Source: Octopus vulgaris
Taxonomy: Eukaryota
Assembly: GCA_951406725.2 (NCBI GenBank)
Contig: OX597817.1
Coordinates: forward strand, 101,122,001 to 101,186,000
Length of the DNA: 64,000 nucleotides
Direction: 5' to 3'
This document shows, piece after piece, positions 60,519-64,000 of the stretch (positions are counted from its first letter, which is position 1; the number at the start of each line of letters is the position of its first letter). The position numbers and the translations under genes are program-made. Below the pieces are notes generated by a model, which was not told where the DNA came from, searched no databases, and saw only the letters and a program-made list of their open reading frames with translations.

Positions 60519-61289
60519 TATATACATACATTCATGCATATAACGTGTGAGTATATCTATTTGTATATGATTCTCTGTTTTCAATTAGCATCGCTTGAAT
60601 AAAACAGTGTCCTAGTTTATGCCTATTTGTAGTGCGACAAAAAGAAATCGATAATTACGGTGCTCTATCATAATCGCAGATGGTTATATACATGCATACA
60701 TACATACATACATACATACATACATACATACATACATAAACTAATATATTTATATATATTAATAACATATGACTTAAAATTTCGTGGCCGCAGAAAACGG
60801 ACCCATCTCTTCAGATATCCTGCGAATAGTAAATGGTTTGAGATAATTTAAAGATGCCTTCAACTATGCGCACTATTAATGAACTCTAAGCCAGTGGTAG
60901 CTGATTATCCATATATACCACTTAAGGCCCAATTGCCCCACATACAAGGGCACGTATATTATTTCCTGCGGTTTGCATAGACTACAACTCAGCTTATGTT
61001 GATCATCCAGCCTATATTTTAACCTAATACCATTAATTCTACTTATTTCCACGTGAAGACTGCCGCCGCTAATATGTTAATACCAGACTGTACGACAATC
61101 GAGTAACTAGCCCGCGACAACACTCTACCCTACCACTTATTGTATCAAATACGATGAAATGATGTCGCTGTTATACTGTATCACAGCTGGCTGCCAAACT
61201 GACAATAGCTTTCTTCCAACGACCTGTTAGAGCACGTGGACCTAAATAAACAGAAAAGCACTGGTGTCGTTTCCACAACATTAATACCT

Positions 61290-61465
61290 ATTTCTTTATT
61301 ACCCACAAGGGGCTAAACACAGAGGGAACAAACAAGGACAGACATAGGTATTAAGTCGATTACATTAAGTCGATTACCAGTTCGTAACTGGTACTTAATT
61401 TATCGACCCCGAAAGGATGAAAAGCAAAGTCGACCTCGGCGGAATTTGAACTCACAACGTAACAC
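61290..61465 (-). mobile_element. tRNA-derived SINE (family 3), partial
   Basis: Reverse complement of gagttcaaattccgccgaggtcgactttgc..ggggtcgataaa. Confidence 0.72.
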
Positions 61466-61699
61466 AACATTAATACCACGTAAACTGGGCTGACCAAGAG
61501 AGGCTGTCTAAAAGCCATACTGAATTTTTCTTAAACGCCTTACTCTTCTCTCGTTATCCGATGACATAGGGCTGTCGTAGGCGGCTACGAAACTTTAAAC
61601 CATATGGCACTGAATATTTAAAAACTGCTGTGATGAGTGTCATCTTCTTACTTTTGTTCATTCACACGTGCGCGCGTGTGTGTGTAGTATATATAGTTG

Positions 61700-63320
61700 G
61701 AACTGAGGCCAAAGTTAGATGCAGAGTGGTGGCCGCATACTGGACACATGATGAAGCACTCTACGTTGTTAGTTCCGACCTTCATTGCCGAGCATTTTTC
61801 AACTTGGTTAGCTCGTCTTTCATTTTCGTAGGCTTCTCTTCACTTGTGAACTGCTTGCCTCCATTCAGATCTGTTCATGTCCATGATTTCATATTTTTCT
61901 TAATATCACATTTCTGGAAGGACTTTTTTTCTGGCTACCTCTATAGTGATGCATTGACAGTCCTCTTAGTCGATGGTCATCCACTTGGTCAATTCTTCGT
62001 CAGATTCGTCAAGAAGATGGGTTTTCAACCTGTTTAGAATGACCTTAGCAACGAACTTGCCACCAATGGTTAAGAAGAGAGATCCCATGTCACAACTGGA
62101 TTTGTCATCTTTGCCTTAGTACAAGTGCCCTGTTCTGGTATCTTTCAGATCTTGCAGGTAGTCGTCCATCCTCCCAGCACATAAAGGATCTCTGCGAATT
62201 TTTGCATCAGTGATGGGCCACCTATTTTGAAAACTTCAGGCAGAATGCCACCAGGGCCTGGTGATTTGCCAGGTTGTAACTTTGCAATTGCACCTGCTAC
62301 CTCATCCTCCGTTGGCGGGTCGTCACGTTCCGTACGTAGGGGTCTTACAGGGATATGTTCAATGACTAGGGTCAATCGATGAAGGCTTAATAAGGAACTA
62401 CTCGAAGTGTTCTGACCATTTCATATTTATTGCCTTTTATCAGTGAGGGGCTCATCCTCCCAGTTCCGGACAAGGGCTGCACTTATCAACGGTGGCCCGT
62501 ACACCTTCAAGCTGGAATAGAAGAGTTTGTTTTTCTTTTTCCATCGTTCATCTCTCATGGAATGCAAGCACTTCTGAACTTCTCTAAGTTGTTGGAACTT
62601 GACCCTCTTTGAGTCAGATTGCTTCTCCGCAAGCCAGTTCTTGTGTGCAGTATACTTCTCAGCAAGAAAACTTCGAACTTCAAAATCATTGTCGTGAAAC
62701 CAGTCCAGGTGATATCTTTTGAGGACATCTATTGTCACTTTGGCGACGGTATAAGCTTCATTTCTTGATTTGGTCCAGTTCTCCGCCCCTCACACTCTCT
62801 CCCCATTGTTCAAAGCAACTTGCTCTAGACACTTTAAGAGTTCGTTCTTCAAAGCAGTTGATATGCCAGGGTTTTTGATTTGCCGAACATCCAGTATTTT
62901 AGGGGCTTTTCCTCACTGGGCCTTCTTTTTCATCACACCTGGAGGTTCACCTTTGATGTGAGGAGAATATGGTCTATTAAGCATTCGGCACCTCTGATTG
63001 CTCTGGTGATATGAAAGTTGCACAGATTATGTTCCCTGCAGATGATGAAATTTATTTGATGTCAATACTTCGATTTTCGGTGCATCCAAGCTGCTTTGTA
63101 GGTTTCTTTCAGTTGGAAGAAAGTATCTGTGGTTCAGACGTTGTGCTGGGAGCATAATGAAATCAGAAGCCTGCTACTTGAATTCCCATAATGATACCAT
63201 ACTGACCGATGATACCAGCCCATACTATATATATCTGAGCTGGTTCTCGCATTGAAATACCCCAGGATGATCAACTTATCCGAAGTTACGCATTGTACAA
63301 TTTCGTGAAGCTGCTGATAT
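61700..63320 (-). mobile_element. Degraded RTE-clade LINE (APE-RT)
   Basis: LIILGYFNAR, WMHRKS, DWFHDND, PPTEDEV..AI..L..GKSPGP.GI.PEVFK.GG. Confidence 0.72.
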
Positions 63321-63489
63321 ATATATATACACATATATTTCTTTCAGGCTCATTGAACTAAAAGTAAATGTAAAGGAAGCTGAACACATGTAATAACCTA
63401 CTGCTACATAACCTCCGGGCGGCATTCTTGGAAGAACATGCAGTAAGTATTTACTTACTCCATTCTCTATACCCAATGATGCTCCAATT

Positions 63490-63960
63490 CCTACTTCTCT
63501 TCACTCTTACCCACCTTCATCTCTTCTCTTCCTTCCTACCCTCCTTCATCCCTCCCCCCTCTCCATTCATCGTCACCCTTTCCTCGTAATCCCACCCCTA
63601 CACAATCCAACCCCACCTTCACTATCCATCCCATCCCATCCCCACCCCATCACTTACACTCACACCTATATACTCCACTTCTACCCCCACCCTCAGCCTA
63701 CCCATATACCCCACCCTCAGTCTAATCCACACCCTACCCTTGCTTTCCCCACTCTCGCCTCCCTCACATCCCATCACCATCACACCACACAACGCACCAC
63801 TACAACATACACTACCATACCACACAACATCACATCACAGCACCACGCACACACTAGCACTGACTACTTCTCAGCCGCACATCCACACACCTACACATAC
63901 ACACACACACGCACACGTCAAAGTCACCATCCCTCTTCCACACGCACTCTTATACACACG
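63490..63960. repeat. C-rich / CA-rich low-complexity tract
   Basis: Direct reading. Confidence 0.8.
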
Positions 63961-64000
63961 CAAGTAAACCTTCGTTTTAGGATCACCACTACTTTATTAT

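Overview
AT-rich eukaryotic (animal) non-genic DNA made almost entirely of transposon relics and microsatellites. The SINE families and microsatellite load suggest an octopus or other coleoid cephalopod; this is inference. No host protein-coding gene is supportable. Main content: (1) several Penelope-like elements (PLEs; GIY-YIG/RT) and non-coding derivatives carrying hammerhead ribozyme (HHR) motifs; (2) a ~780-bp non-coding tandem element present in two places, whose HHR core and three helices appear in a non-circularly permuted order (best candidate for a novel system); (3) a ~19-kb same-strand pile-up of (TAA)n-associated R4/Dong-type RLE retrotransposons (18.3-37.1 kb), including an array of eight 533-534-bp endonuclease/3'UTR units separated by variable (TAA)n spacers; (4) a palindromic tRNA-head + HHR element; (5) mariner, CR1-like, Tx1/L1-like and RTE relics, a solo LTR and many tRNA-derived SINEs. 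All RNA structures were paired by eye and are untested. Boundaries of degraded elements are approximate.
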